A stretch of 64,000 nt of DNA from Albugo candida (lineage: Eukaryota): NCBI GenBank assembly GCA_040437565.1, contig JBDOQK010000014.1, forward strand, positions 62,001 to 126,000, read 5' to 3'. The notes beneath the pieces were generated by a model that worked only from the letters and a program-made list of their open reading frames with translations, ran no database searches and was not told where the DNA came from. Position 1 is the first letter of the stretch, and the number at the start of each line of letters is the position of its first letter. Below are positions 25,001-34,974 of the stretch, piece by piece. The position numbers and the translations under genes were made by a program.

Positions 25001-27138
25001 AGATGGAGGTAATGAAGCCCTAGTAGGAGATCGCGAAGATACCGTCGAGCGACTTGTTCGGTGAGTCCTCGCATGATCGCTATTTGATCCATCAGGTTGT
25101 GTTTGACGTATTCTTGGACGAGGTAGATTTTGGCACTGGAAGGATCATCAATGACTTCGACGAGCCGTACGACATTCCGATGCTGTAGTTTCTTCATGAT
25201 GGCGATTTCACGACGTAAAGCATCGCGTAACGAGTCTTCCTTCCCGGCCATTCGCGAGACAAACGATTTGTGAAGGATTTTAACAGCATACAATTTGTTA
25301 TCTTGTTCGTTCTGACACAATTTGACCCTTCCGTACGTTCCTTTACCGAGATCACCTTGGATCACATACTCGTTGACAACCTTTTGTCCGTTGGCAAGTC
25401 GTTGCTTGACAAGTGTTCGTGTTTCGGTCGCTTCATCGGCTTTGTCGAAAGTCGCTTCAGGAAGACATTGGCTATCAGGTTCTTGTCCAAGCTGCACGAC
25501 AACCGCAGCGGCAGCCTGAACGATTGTTTGTTGTTCTTTTTGTAAACGAAGTCGCATCGCTCTTCTTCGAGCTTTTTCGACGTATTCTTCCTGCACAAAT
25601 CGCTGAAAATGATCAGATGAAAGGCATTGCTCAAAGTCTTCGGCGGTGAGATAGAGACATTTCACAGGTCCAATGGCTCGTACTGATGCAGTTCGTGGTT
25701 CCTTATAGATAAGAGACATCTCACCAAAGACGTGCCCTTCATAAAGCCTCGTGAGCTCTTTTTCTGTCGAGTCAGCAACCAAAAGATCGCGTTCTGTGAC
25801 CGCAGCTTCGCCCTTTGTAATGATATAAAACCTCGTTCCTTCTTCTCCTTGACGTACAATGTACTCGCCATCGGTAAAGTTGGCAGGTTGCAGGCGAGAA
25901 AGCACAATGTCCTGATCTCTGGAATTCAATCGTGCAAGCAGAGGTACTTGCTGAAGCATCAGACTCAGATGAACATGCCCGATACGTTGAAAGTCGTTCT
26001 GCGTCAGATACAATAGCTCCACATCGCCAATTGCCCGAACTGTTGCGGTCCGTGGGTCGTCATATATCAAAGCTAATTCCCCAAAGTAATGACCGGGATA
26101 TAGATGCGTGATCATCCTTTCCTGCTTGGAGCCCGGCATCGTTTTGGTGATGACAGCGCTTCCTTTCGCGATCATGTAGAAGCGATCTCCACGCGCTCCT
26201 TGTTGGACAATGACTTGACCATTGAGAAACTTGGCAGGTTTCAATGCACATAATACTTGTTCCTGTTGTTTCTGACTCAAATTACGGAAAAGTTGGACTT
26301 GCCGCATGATTTCATAAATTGGCATATTATCGCGCATAAATGGAGTCAAATGCGATTCAAAATCATCTTCTAGATCTTCAATGCCTTCATTTGGAAGAGA
26401 TGACGCTGAAGGAGAAGCTTGATTGGCGTTGAGCCATTTTGATATTTGTTCCAAGCCTTTTGAGCTTCGATTTCGCTCTAATTCAAAATAAGAGTCGGAA
26501 CCGAAAGCTGTGTGATATGACCTTTGTGACAGCGTTTCAGAGCTCTGTTGTCCCTCTGCGTCATTGGAAGCTTGATTGGTGTCGTTTATATCGTCAATGA
26601 GCCAGTCACTTACTTCGATCTCATCAAAAGAGCTGACAATATCTTCATCTTCCGAGTTGGAGCTCTGATTGCTTGACATTGTGTTAGAAACTCGAGCTTC
26701 TTCACTTTGTTCCTCAATGTCAGAGTAAAAAGAAGAGTCGGAGGATTCAGAGGAGCTTTTCTCTTCATGGGGAGCGTCCACGAGATCCGTTTCCTGGCGT
26801 TTGGCTCTCGGGAGACTCGCGTTGAGCGAATTCGGACGCGTTGGACTGCGTCTTCGCTTTGTGAGAGGAGCAAATTGAGGTCGAAAGTGAGGTTTTGTGC
26901 ATCTTCGAAGTAATTTCCGTTGAGTTTGTACCAAAATGGCGCCTAAAGACGCCGATCTCTCTTCACTTTTGTCTTTTTTATCGACTTGTTGCTGCTCGTC
27001 ACATTGCGAGCTTTTTACAGCGTTAGTAGCGCTCTGCTTGCAAGTTGAAGGCGACGAACAATTTGCAATAGACTGTGTGGTCATATTGTTGTCTTTTGTG
27101 TCACAGAATGCAATCTCGGGGCGTGCGTATTTGCCCAT
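22033..27138 (-). CDS. Multidomain signalling protein: 2x cyclic-nucleotide-binding domain + CaMKK-like Ser/Thr kinase + PP2C phosphatase (1701 aa, single ORF)
   Basis: CNB cassettes FGELALIYDDPRTATV and FGEMSLIYKEPRTASV. Kinase GKGTYG, YAVKIL, REIAIMKKLQHRNVVRLVEVIDDP, HRDIKPGN, DFG, GTPAFMAPE. PP2C RAFMED, FDGHNG, GNIGDCRAVL, DHK, SRGFGD, LASDGLFD, DNTSVII. Confidence 0.93.
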   Translation of the reverse strand: MGKYARPEIAFCDTKDNNMTTQSIANCSSPSTCKQSATNAVKSSQCDEQQQVDKKDKSEERSASLGAILVQTQRKLLRRCTKPHFRPQFAPLTKRRRSPTRPNSLNASLPRAKRQETDLVDAPHEEKSSSESSDSSFYSDIEEQSEEARVSNTMSSNQSSNSEDEDIVSSFDEIEVSDWLIDDINDTNQASNDAEGQQSSETLSQRSYHTAFGSDSYFELERNRSSKGLEQISKWLNANQASPSASSLPNEGIEDLEDDFESHLTPFMRDNMPIYEIMRQVQLFRNLSQKQQEQVLCALKPAKFLNGQVIVQQGARGDRFYMIAKGSAVITKTMPGSKQERMITHLYPGHYFGELALIYDDPRTATVRAIGDVELLYLTQNDFQRIGHVHLSLMLQQVPLLARLNSRDQDIVLSRLQPANFTDGEYIVRQGEEGTRFYIITKGEAAVTERDLLVADSTEKELTRLYEGHVFGEMSLIYKEPRTASVRAIGPVKCLYLTAEDFEQCLSSDHFQRFVQEEYVEKARRRAMRLRLQKEQQTIVQAAAAVVVQLGQEPDSQCLPEATFDKADEATETRTLVKQRLANGQKVVNEYVIQGDLGKGTYGRVKLCQNEQDNKLYAVKILHKSFVSRMAGKEDSLRDALRREIAIMKKLQHRNVVRLVEVIDDPSSAKIYLVQEYVKHNLMDQIAIMRGLTEQVARRYLRDLLLGLHYLHLHRVIHRDIKPGNILVSEEGVAKIADFGTARMIMNETETLSGAKGTPAFMAPEMFDIDATYRGPSVDIWSLGATLYMMVIGHPPWLADNEIVLSEKVQKDELCFPSEADTSVDPHLKNLLQRMLTKDPKLRISLQGCFTHEWVTKEGSEPLVPNTNSEAMENSLLSVSLDESELAIRNIPEHIDQSLSESLLKAHLLIKNGLQRTTSGNHSAESKSGRTGFGSGTFRAKPLLSSSRASLSVSDDGTSLIGAWRQHKRIQLMEGHTNLSEKSKDLLLEQKRMAVSVDRAMVSELILPAVALPSASAASAKRTTMEAVPRGALYLDATDPKAVEEIEKGLQHSKRLLSKSSFLDINRMHECTASIHSESSDMSLPESKQSNSMHSRSSSESQMSATMETDATLMKRSLSRKKDFLMVTSEVFRDQDGDYQSRKILFQAREHDFSVASRAPIPSIAMLDTLCGSNTGLSSTSTREGARSLLATLSASKKLPRGRHKNKDSQGRESSSSISSYGSSFQQNSSSGRSLLSKEDKVFSDAGKDIDLEGLEVTHIEDDEDDPMKSPIDSGKSYAVEDNQMELLDSDSDDNQSDDSDYSDVEDDVDVDQTFEELIGAPNSMELVLEEDEELAPLGGLGLSKSNSVASLLASAANSSLLQCDQSIVQVYVSSKIRENLMLSIRTGYAEARGSRAFMEDKSVVTAACALDAYTSSLSTTYESMAFFGVFDGHNGDDTAVTLQSRLLEHVVSHPAFTKQPEKAILESCLSLDTEILQSQNQRWQPGRTSTQNNDSAAQNGGTYGQTLHPISFSGAAAVFAILVKEKNDTQMIETCCLEGDSMTGNGSTKVYVGNIGDCRAVLASKHGIAREITRDHKASNSAEKERIEKSGGFVHNGRLDGILAISRGFGDLAHKQDGHLIATPDVYEHVVTPEDEFLLLASDGLFDVLTSQQAVNFIAKKLRMHGDVQLAAQELILKAQQYFSHDNTSVIIIAFNQVEA

Positions 27139-27452
27139 CTTTTATGCATTACTTCATTAAGGAGTTCGACTTTTACATGAGCATCAGCCAGCTTTTCAAT
27201 TGGATATAATACTGCTTGTTATAATTTATTTAAACCAATCCTAAAGCGTACAAAAAATCGATGCCATAAGCTTCCCAGCTGCAGTAGCGCCATCTTGGAT
27301 GCGTTGTAGCGACGATTGTGGGATGTTTCCTGCATAATGGATCCAGGTGCACAATGATCGCTACATCATTCCCATATCCTGATTCTTTGATTTTCGCAAA
27401 CAAGCCTCTTTCTCCAATTATCGGGAGTCTTATATATCGAGGCCTTTTACGA

Positions 27453-28622
27453 TTATAGAAACTCCTTAAAACGATGCACATGCTCCATCCACCAGTCTGC
27501 AGCTTCCTTCTGGGTGAGCTTTTCCTTATCGAATACAACGGCAATCACTTGTTCTTCAAAATTGTCCTCTCTTCTTCCCATAAGAAGTGCAATTCCATCG
27601 CGCCGGGCTTTCCGATCGGTCTTCCGGTACATCGAACTCACATCAAAATGCGAAGCATCCTGTAAAACGATACGTGCTCTCGTATCGGAGGAGTCGAACT
27701 CAACAGGAAGTCCTCCAATGCAAGTATTCTTACTCCAAAGCTCTTCCGGCCACGTGACAACCTCNNNNNNNNNNNNNNNNNNNNNNNNNNNNNNNNNNNN
27801 NNNNNNNNNNNNNNNNNNNNNNNNNNNNNNNNNNNNNNNNNNNNNNNNNNNNNNNNNNNNNNNNTTCCGATCGGTCTTCCGGTACATCGAACTCACATCA
27901 AAATGCGAAGCATCCTGTAAAACGATACGTGCTCTCGTATCGGAGGAGTCGAACTCAACAGGAAGTCCTCCAATGCAAGTATTCTTACTCCAAAGCTCTT
28001 CCGGCCACGTGACAACCTCAGGCTTGGGAGGAGTGGCCGGTGATTCTATCACTGGTACTATTTCCACAGCCGGATCTTCGACTTGCTCCTTTTGTATAGT
28101 GAAACAGCTTCGCTGTGAAATGCTCAATTCAGCTTTCAAAGAGTCCAATAGAGCCGATTTCACTCTCATTTTTTGTGATGTGTGTGGCTTCTTTTTGAAA
28201 GACGCTGAACGAGGAAGCGCAGGTTGTGTGCCGCCCGAATGTCTTCCTTTACCGGTTCCCGCCTTGAAGTTCTCTACAGAGCTCGAGTTTGGACGAGGAG
28301 CTACTTGCACATGGACGTTAGACTCGTGTCCTGGAACTTTGCGGTGGATATGCTCGGAATTCGATCTCCGAATGAGCTTTGGACGGAACGTCACATCTTT
28401 ATACTTGGCGGTCTCTAGACGAGTCCTTTCGGCCTCAACCTTCTCGTCTCTTCGTCGAAGCCATTCTGCTTGTCTGTCCATCATCGAGAGCTTCCCGTAA
28501 GCTTTACTTTGGTTCCCATCGTGGCAACCATCTTGATTCGATTCGGCCAGCACCAGCTCCTTACCGGCACGTAGCTTGCCCCGAATGGGGCTCGTACATA
28601 TACGTTCGCTATCTCGCATCAT
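27453..28622 (-). CDS. Hypothetical protein (coiled-coil N-terminal part, small C-terminal globular domain)
   Basis: Long ORF; gap 27765..27864 with exact duplicated flank (27610..27764 = 27865..28019). No family recognised. Confidence 0.6.
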   Translation of the reverse strand: MMRDSERICTSPIRGKLRAGKELVLAESNQDGCHDGNQSKAYGKLSMMDRQAEWLRRRDEKVEAERTRLETAKYKDVTFRPKLIRRSNSEHIHRKVPGHESNVHVQVAPRPNSSSVENFKAGTGKGRHSGGTQPALPRSASFKKKPHTSQKMRVKSALLDSLKAELSISQRSCFTIQKEQVEDPAVEIVPVIESPATPPKPEVVTWPEELWSKNTCIGGLPVEFDSSDTRARIVLQDASHFDVSSMYRKTDRXXXXXXXXXXXXXXXXXXXXXXXXXXXXXXXXXXEVVTWPEELWSKNTCIGGLPVEFDSSDTRARIVLQDASHFDVSSMYRKTDRKARRDGIALLMGRREDNFEEQVIAVVFDKEKLTQKEAADWWMEHVHRFKEFL

Positions 28623-29230
28623 CAGACATGGAATATCCTGTAGTTCAAGCACTAGACCCGAGTGAGCTCTTTCACACACAAAGATTGTTAGGTACCAATA
28701 TGCTTCCAGCACTTGATGCGAGTCGATGGGAATAATGTCCCACGATGAATATGACGGAGTAGGAGCTACAATTCATTTTGAGGCAATGGAATGGAAAGAA
28801 AATAGTACATGAAGCATTACATCATCCATTCCGTCGTCTGGGAGCTCTGCACGTAGTCTTTCATCTCCAAGCCAAAGACCGAGCACCTGTGTCCGAGAAT
28901 GCCACCAATTCGGCTGCTTGGTATCCTCCTCCTCCAAGAATTGTGCCTACATACAGCTAAACAGCTTTGAACGGGTCGAAGAGGTATCAGAAACGCGAAC
29001 CAGAGCCTCGATGTCGGACGTAAGCGAACGTTGGGCCATACTGAGATCAATGCTCGCTGCCAAATTTAGACCTTGGTCTAAAACCACTGGCATGTAAGCC
29101 ACTATCCCTGCAATCTACTAGCAACGCTCTTCAGGACCTGATAGACAGCGCCTTGAAGGCCCGACCTGTCGACAAACACCTCCGCGAACGAATTTGTAAA
29201 AGAAAACAATGACTCAATGTATCCGTTCTA

Positions 29231-30743
29231 TTACTCTGCTATCGATTCATCTACAAGACGTGCGAATCGGTGGATATTACCCATGAAAAACTCGCCAGTG
29301 CGTTGCGAACTGACATCCTCGTCAATCATCACCAGCTCGTCGTCTAAATAGTAAAACACATCAGCTCGATTGCCATTACTCTGCAGTTTGTATTGCATCA
29401 GTTCAGCTCGGACGCTTTCCTTGTTGCCAAGCTCTTGGAACCGAGCAAGTTTGGACAATTGGATTGTGCGGTATAGCTTCACATATGATCGTAACTGAGG
29501 CACTCGTTGCTGTCGGGTGACAATGTCCGAAAAATGCGCCATTTGTGCTTGCATTCCATCTTTTAAGCCATTGACTGGCTTCACGGCCGGAATTATAAAC
29601 TTTGGACACGCAAAGGAAAATAATTCTGACAACGCGGTCATATCTCCTTTCTGCAGCTTTGCTTGTTTATCTGCATACTTTTCCCGCAAGAGCGTTTGGA
29701 TGGGTTCGCCAACTTTTTGACTCGATGATAAGTGAAGGACGATACAATGGAGAGCCAAAGCTTTCTCAGCGAGTTTGCTGAGTTGATCAGAATCGCCTAA
29801 GCGAGAGTAATGATTTCGAGAGCGATGGACTTGGAGGATGACTGCCGAAAAAGAGCGCGCTGCGTCGTCGAATTTTTCGAGCATCATTTGGGCAAATCCC
29901 ATGTGATAGAACACGGAGATGTGACAAGCGGGTACTTTTTCGTATAAGGGGTCCACACGTTTGTTTCTGTCAAAATTTGTCCGGCGGGATAAAAAGTCAA
30001 TAGGCTTCAAAATGCTCAGCGAGCTGTAGTAATCACCAAAGAGCACAAAAGCTCGGGCAAGAGTGACAAGACTAAAGTATCCAAGCTCTCTGAACATTTC
30101 AGATGATTTGCTTTTCAAATTGTCCAAGTCTTCCGGCAATCTCACCAATGCATTCAGATAATTCAACACTTTCGGTGTCGTCCAAATCTCTTCTCCGCAC
30201 TCTTCGAAGCTTGACAGCTCATCTGTCCCGTTATTACTCTCTGGTTTTGCGACTTTCACTCGATATTGGCAGAAAGATTGGTACTGATACACAAATTCGC
30301 CAACCAAATCGAAGAGCCATTGAGATGGAAGGGCTTTTATTTCCAATTTCCGACTCAAAATTGCATCAAAGATACCACAATATGTCTACGAAATAAGAGG
30401 AAAATTACATTCTCAGATATTATACTTATTTGAGTATACGCACATTCCACGACTCAATTTTCTTTTTCATGTTGGGCTGCAGCTTTGAGAACATGTGGCG
30501 AAAATAGATCTGCTTATAGAACAGTAGAAAAGTCGCATTGTGATCCACAAGTGATTCGATTGCGACCGGCTCTGGCCAAGCTGTCTGCTTGAAATAATTG
30601 TTTGTGAGGTTGTGGAATTCGCGATCATAAAGTCGAGCCATTTCGGGTACATTCCCTGAACGAAAATTTGCGTACAGATTCGTAAACCAGGTTTTCACGC
30701 TTTCGGGTAACAAGAAATCGGCTGGTTTTTCATCTCGTTCCAT
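29231..30743 (-). CDS. EIF3L: Eukaryotic translation initiation factor 3 subunit L
   Basis: FYKQIYFRHMF, LPSQWLFDLVGEFVYQYQSFCQYR, LGYFSLVTL..GDY, ELFSFACPKFI, LRSYVKLY; intron 30386..30443. Confidence 0.92.
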
Positions 30744-31518
30744 GACGTCCACGGCAAAGAATGATTGGGCGGGAATGCAGAGATCGTCTAGTATACACCA
30801 GGTATGTATATCGTGACTTAAGTGAACACAAATGCACAAGCTCGTTAATGAAGAAGCTACATACGTGAAGAATTGAAAGTGGGGAATGTTGTATGGATCC
30901 ATTTATTGCGATCAATGGCGGTATAATCACAGTAAAATAGCTGTATCGCTTTTAGTGAAGTGAGAAGCTAGTTTGGCGGTCGTAACGCTGAGGCTCAACT
31001 CAAAAAATGAGATCAACTCCATATCACGATCATGCTTGTGGGTGGTCTAGGAACTTAGCAATTGATACGAGGGTACATTGGAATTAGGAACGCGAATCTG
31101 TTACCGCTATTCGTTCGCTGGCCAGTTGGGTCTCGTCACATACTCATTGTTGCGGGGTGAGAGACCAAATGTAACGCACAATCAGACCGGAAATAAAAAA
31201 TAAAAATGCTCAAATTGAAGGTACAATGTGCACCCTCCATATCCAGAATACCTAGCATCGTCTAGATGAGATCTTCTAGTAGCGAATATATCCTCACTAC
31301 AAATGGAGTTGCATTTCTAGACTCTCGGATCTTTTTCAATGCTCTCTATCCTCTTCCATCGCTATCAAGAAAATTTTTTTTGAATATGTATTCTGAAAAT
31401 GAATGCACGCTGCTAAGCTCAAGCGCAGGGATCTGTCTTACCGAAGCACATTTCCTCGTCAAACCAGTGCGTATACGATTCCCTTAGTGCATCATATCCA
31501 TTTATAGAGGTCATCGTA

Positions 31519-32610
31519 ATGGCAGCTGAAAGATGTCAAGCTGATAAGCATGATGGCCCAATTATGGACACTGCCTTAGATGCATCAATATGTAAACAAT
31601 CCGCAAGCTCATTGGGTTATTACAAAGACCCATTTATCTCTTTCTTTGTAAAAAGTCTTCCTTCTCGACGCATGCCGCTAATCAATCGAGGATATTACGC
31701 ACGCGTGGCGGCGATACGCGAGATAGTAGAGCGCTATATCAAAGCGTATACTTCCCATCAGCGCAAAGTTCAAATTGTGGTATTAGGTGCAGGATTTGAT
31801 ACATTGTATTTCCGTCTTTGTACAGAAAACAGTCAGTTGGTTCACGCGAGCAATTGCTCATATTTTGAGCTCGATTTCCCAGAAATTACAATGCAAAAGC
31901 TCAGAGTCATTCGACGAAGACCTCAACTGCAAAAGTTGCTACATTTTTCGTCGTTAGATGAGCTTCAAAAGTCGATCGTGGGTCATAGCGGGGAATTGCA
32001 TACCCCTGATAGCGCGTATCACTTGATTCCGTGTGATCTTCGAGACTGGGACACCACACAGCACCAATTACGCCAATCCGGTCTTAATCTAAGTACTCCC
32101 ACGTTGATCGTCTCTGAATGTGTTTTGATATATATGGAAACTATCTTTTCGGAGCAGCTCATCGAATGGGCATCGAACACCCTGAACGATGCTCATTTCG
32201 TTTTGTACGAACAAATCGAGCCACATGATCCTTTCGGAAAAGTAATGATGCAAAATATAAAGGCGCGAGGTTGTGATTTGAAGAGTATCTACGATTTCCC
32301 ATCAAAAGCGGCGCAGATAGAGCGATTTCGAGCGCATCAGTTCCAATGCGTGAGCTGCTTGGATATGAATCAAGTGTACTACAGATTTTTAGATCCAAAA
32401 GATCGTCAAGAGTACGTGGGCTTGGGACTTGGAACACGGAATGCTTCTGATTGGTATTTGTGCATTGTTTGTAGAAAAGAAAAGTTGGAGATATTCGACG
32501 AGGTCGAAGAATTCCATCTTTTACAGGGTCATTACTGCATGGTAGTTGCAAGTCGAGTCGACTCCGTTGGCTCACAAGGCATCCAACTTGGAGATTGGGT
32601 AACTAAATGA
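31519..32610 (+). CDS. LCMT1: Leucine carboxyl methyltransferase (PP2A methyltransferase, LCMT1/PPM1)
   Basis: PLINRGYYAR, QIVVLGAGFDT, ELDFPE, PTLIVSECVLIYM, YEQIEPHDPFG, LEIFDEVEEF; probable in-frame intron 32412..32474. Confidence 0.92.
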   Translation: MAAERCQADKHDGPIMDTALDASICKQSASSLGYYKDPFISFFVKSLPSRRMPLINRGYYARVAAIREIVERYIKAYTSHQRKVQIVVLGAGFDTLYFRLCTENSQLVHASNCSYFELDFPEITMQKLRVIRRRPQLQKLLHFSSLDELQKSIVGHSGELHTPDSAYHLIPCDLRDWDTTQHQLRQSGLNLSTPTLIVSECVLIYMETIFSEQLIEWASNTLNDAHFVLYEQIEPHDPFGKVMMQNIKARGCDLKSIYDFPSKAAQIERFRAHQFQCVSCLDMNQVYYRFLDPKDRQEYVGLGLGTRNASDWYLCIVCRKEKLEIFDEVEEFHLLQGHYCMVVASRVDSVGSQGIQLGDWVTK

Positions 32611-32724
32611 CCATACCAAGTGACGCGCGTGAGAAAATTCCAAGAGCTGATTTAACACTTTGCGACTCTATAATATTATCTGTCTGGGCTTTTTCTTCTA
32701 TTGGACTGGAAAAATTCTGTTCCG

Positions 32725-34750
32725 CTACACTCGCAAATGAAGAAGAGCCAAGTCTCCGTTGGAAATGCAAGCAGAGAGTAGACTCCCCTGTGCATTCCAA
32801 TTCAAATCGTAAATGTCACCATTGACTTTATACGTTTTCACTAACCTACCGTCCTATGAGTAGAAACACATCATCATCAGCATTGGATAGTAGAAACATA
32901 GCGACGCATGACGTACTCGGAGAGACCATATATTCAGAGATCCTCCTATTGTACCACTGGCTAGAAATTCTCCGTTTGGATTATACGCCACTCCATACAC
33001 TGGATTTCTAAGTGTATAATGAACTGAGGATAAAGAGTAACGTAAAAAAGGAGAGATACTTACAAATGACTGAATGTTTGAGTGCACTTTCCAGCCTCTA
33101 CATCCCATATTTTGACGGTGGCGTCAAAGGAGGCGCTCGCTAAAGTGAGCGTTGCATTTGGAAGGTCTGTACCAGGTCCAGTATAGCTCCATCGAATGGT
33201 GTAAACTTCCTTGGTGTGTTCTTTAAGACTATATAGGATGGGGTTTCCATCATGTACCGCTCTTCTATCACTTATGGACTGATCAGTTTGCTTCTCATCA
33301 CTATCCAGCATATTTGCGTCCTTAAGTGGATGTGAAATATTTTCTTGCTCAATGTAACTTTTCTGTCCATTCCGCAAATTATTTTCCACACAACGCGTTG
33401 GATCCCAAATCTTCACAGTATAATCGTCGGAGCAGGAAGCTAATAATCGGTATGTAGGGTCCCATCGAATTGAATTGATTGCATCGTTGTGTCCTCGTAG
33501 TACAAACTGAGCCTTCACATCTCCTACTCTAGCTATGGAAATCGTTTGGTCGGAAGAGCATGTTGCAAAAGTCAAATCGTCCTTCCATGAAGCATCCAAA
33601 ATAGGGTCTAATCGTCAAACTTTTTCTCAGTCTATCGACATAATTACACTAGCCGCAAAATATCTGTACGGAATGCTCACCATCATGCAATTGGATTTGT
33701 TGCGTTTTCACCTCTTTATTGACATCCCAAATTGAAACAGTTTTGTCAAAGCTGCTGCTCAATAAGAATTTGCTGCTTTTACTCCATCGCACTGCAAATA
33801 CTGGACCATTATGATCGTGGAGCTCATGTTTCTTCTCCCCTTCAGCATCCCAGATAGTAGTCTTCCCATTGTAAGTGCCTGTTGCTAGATAGTTTCCGTC
33901 CGACTAGAAAGAAAAATGATTCAGATGAATATTGATTTAGACTGCAGAACTTACACTCCATTCCAGCGTGGTGACGTCTTTGTGTGGTCCATCTCCATGA
34001 TGAAGCACCTTTGGAGAGACTTGTGACTGCATATCTGGGAGCAATTTAGAAGACAGTTCCCATATTCGAGCTGTTGAGTCACTTGAGCTACAATCATCAA
34101 GGAACCAATTACGTTTCTGTAAGTCTTGCTTTATACCCTGATCAAAATATAATCGTACCCTGAAACAAGAAGGTTTTTGACGGGATTCCACATGCATCCA
34201 AAAACTTCTTTCTCATGACCGTTCAGAAAAATGATTGATTTTTCATCCAATTCCTCCACTACTACATTTTGTCCCTCTGTGCATAAAATGATCAGTTTGA
34301 GAAAACCCGCTCTTCTAGCTATACGTTTCCACCTTTGTTTCCTTCCATAACTGGTTCATCCGGATTTTCGGAAGCTGCTTTTCGTTTTCTTTTGTTGGAT
34401 ATCTTTGTATTAGCTCCTCGGGCCGTGTGAAGATCCGCGTCCGACGAGCTTGATTCTGCAGTCGTCGATTGCGCCACCCGACAGATGTGTGGATCCAACA
34501 ATGAGTATGCGGTATCACAATCTCTTTCAGTGCCATCTTCATTCAAATGTGCTTCTATTCCGACGTATTGCAAGCCTTTTTGTACAAAAGATATCAGCGC
34601 ACCGGGTGGAATGTCTGAGGTGATGACCGACGATTTCACTAATTGACTTTCATACGCAAATGTGAACGCGGAATGCAGGAATCCTGTCGACAACAAAATG
34701 AGAATTGCCAGTTGAAGTTGCCGAAGCGCAATCACTCTTGCACGTACCGG
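32725..34750 (-). CDS. TBL1: LisH + WD40 co-repressor TBL1/Ebi/Sif2/HOS15-like (5' end lost in gap)
   Basis: LisH YRYVQES|GFLHSAFTF..PPGALISFVQKGLQY; WD40 repeats (DSTARIW, KDVTTLEW, ATCSSD, LASCSDDYTVKIW, LASASFDATVKIW); last exon ends ALLHLRV* at 32725. Confidence 0.9.
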
Positions 34751-34974
34751 NNNNNNNNNNNNNNNNNNNNNNNNNNNNNNNNNNNNNNNNNNNNNNNNNN
34801 NNNNNNNNNNNNNNNNNNNNNNNNNNNNNNNNNNNNNNNNNNNNNNNNNNCCAATGCTTGCTTTGTTAACAGATACATATCATGCAAATGAGTATTTAAC
34901 TTGTTATCTAACTTATACTTCACAGTTGAACACACATGATGAATTGTAGCCAATCAGAAAATACGTTCCTACGT

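Noticed and set aside
27514-28500. 328-aa + strand ORF with apparent internal repeat
   Set aside because: Antisense to the minus-strand gene; the repeat is the gap-flanking assembly duplication.
29064-29081. 8-bp perfect inverted repeat TTTAGACC-TT-GGTCTAAA
   Set aside because: Short enough to occur by chance in 64 kb; no associated feature.
32603-32800. Apparent CDS overlap between LCMT1 and the TBL1 last exon
   Set aside because: The spliced TBL1 frame ends at 32725 (ALLHLRV*); the overlapping ORF is a different frame.
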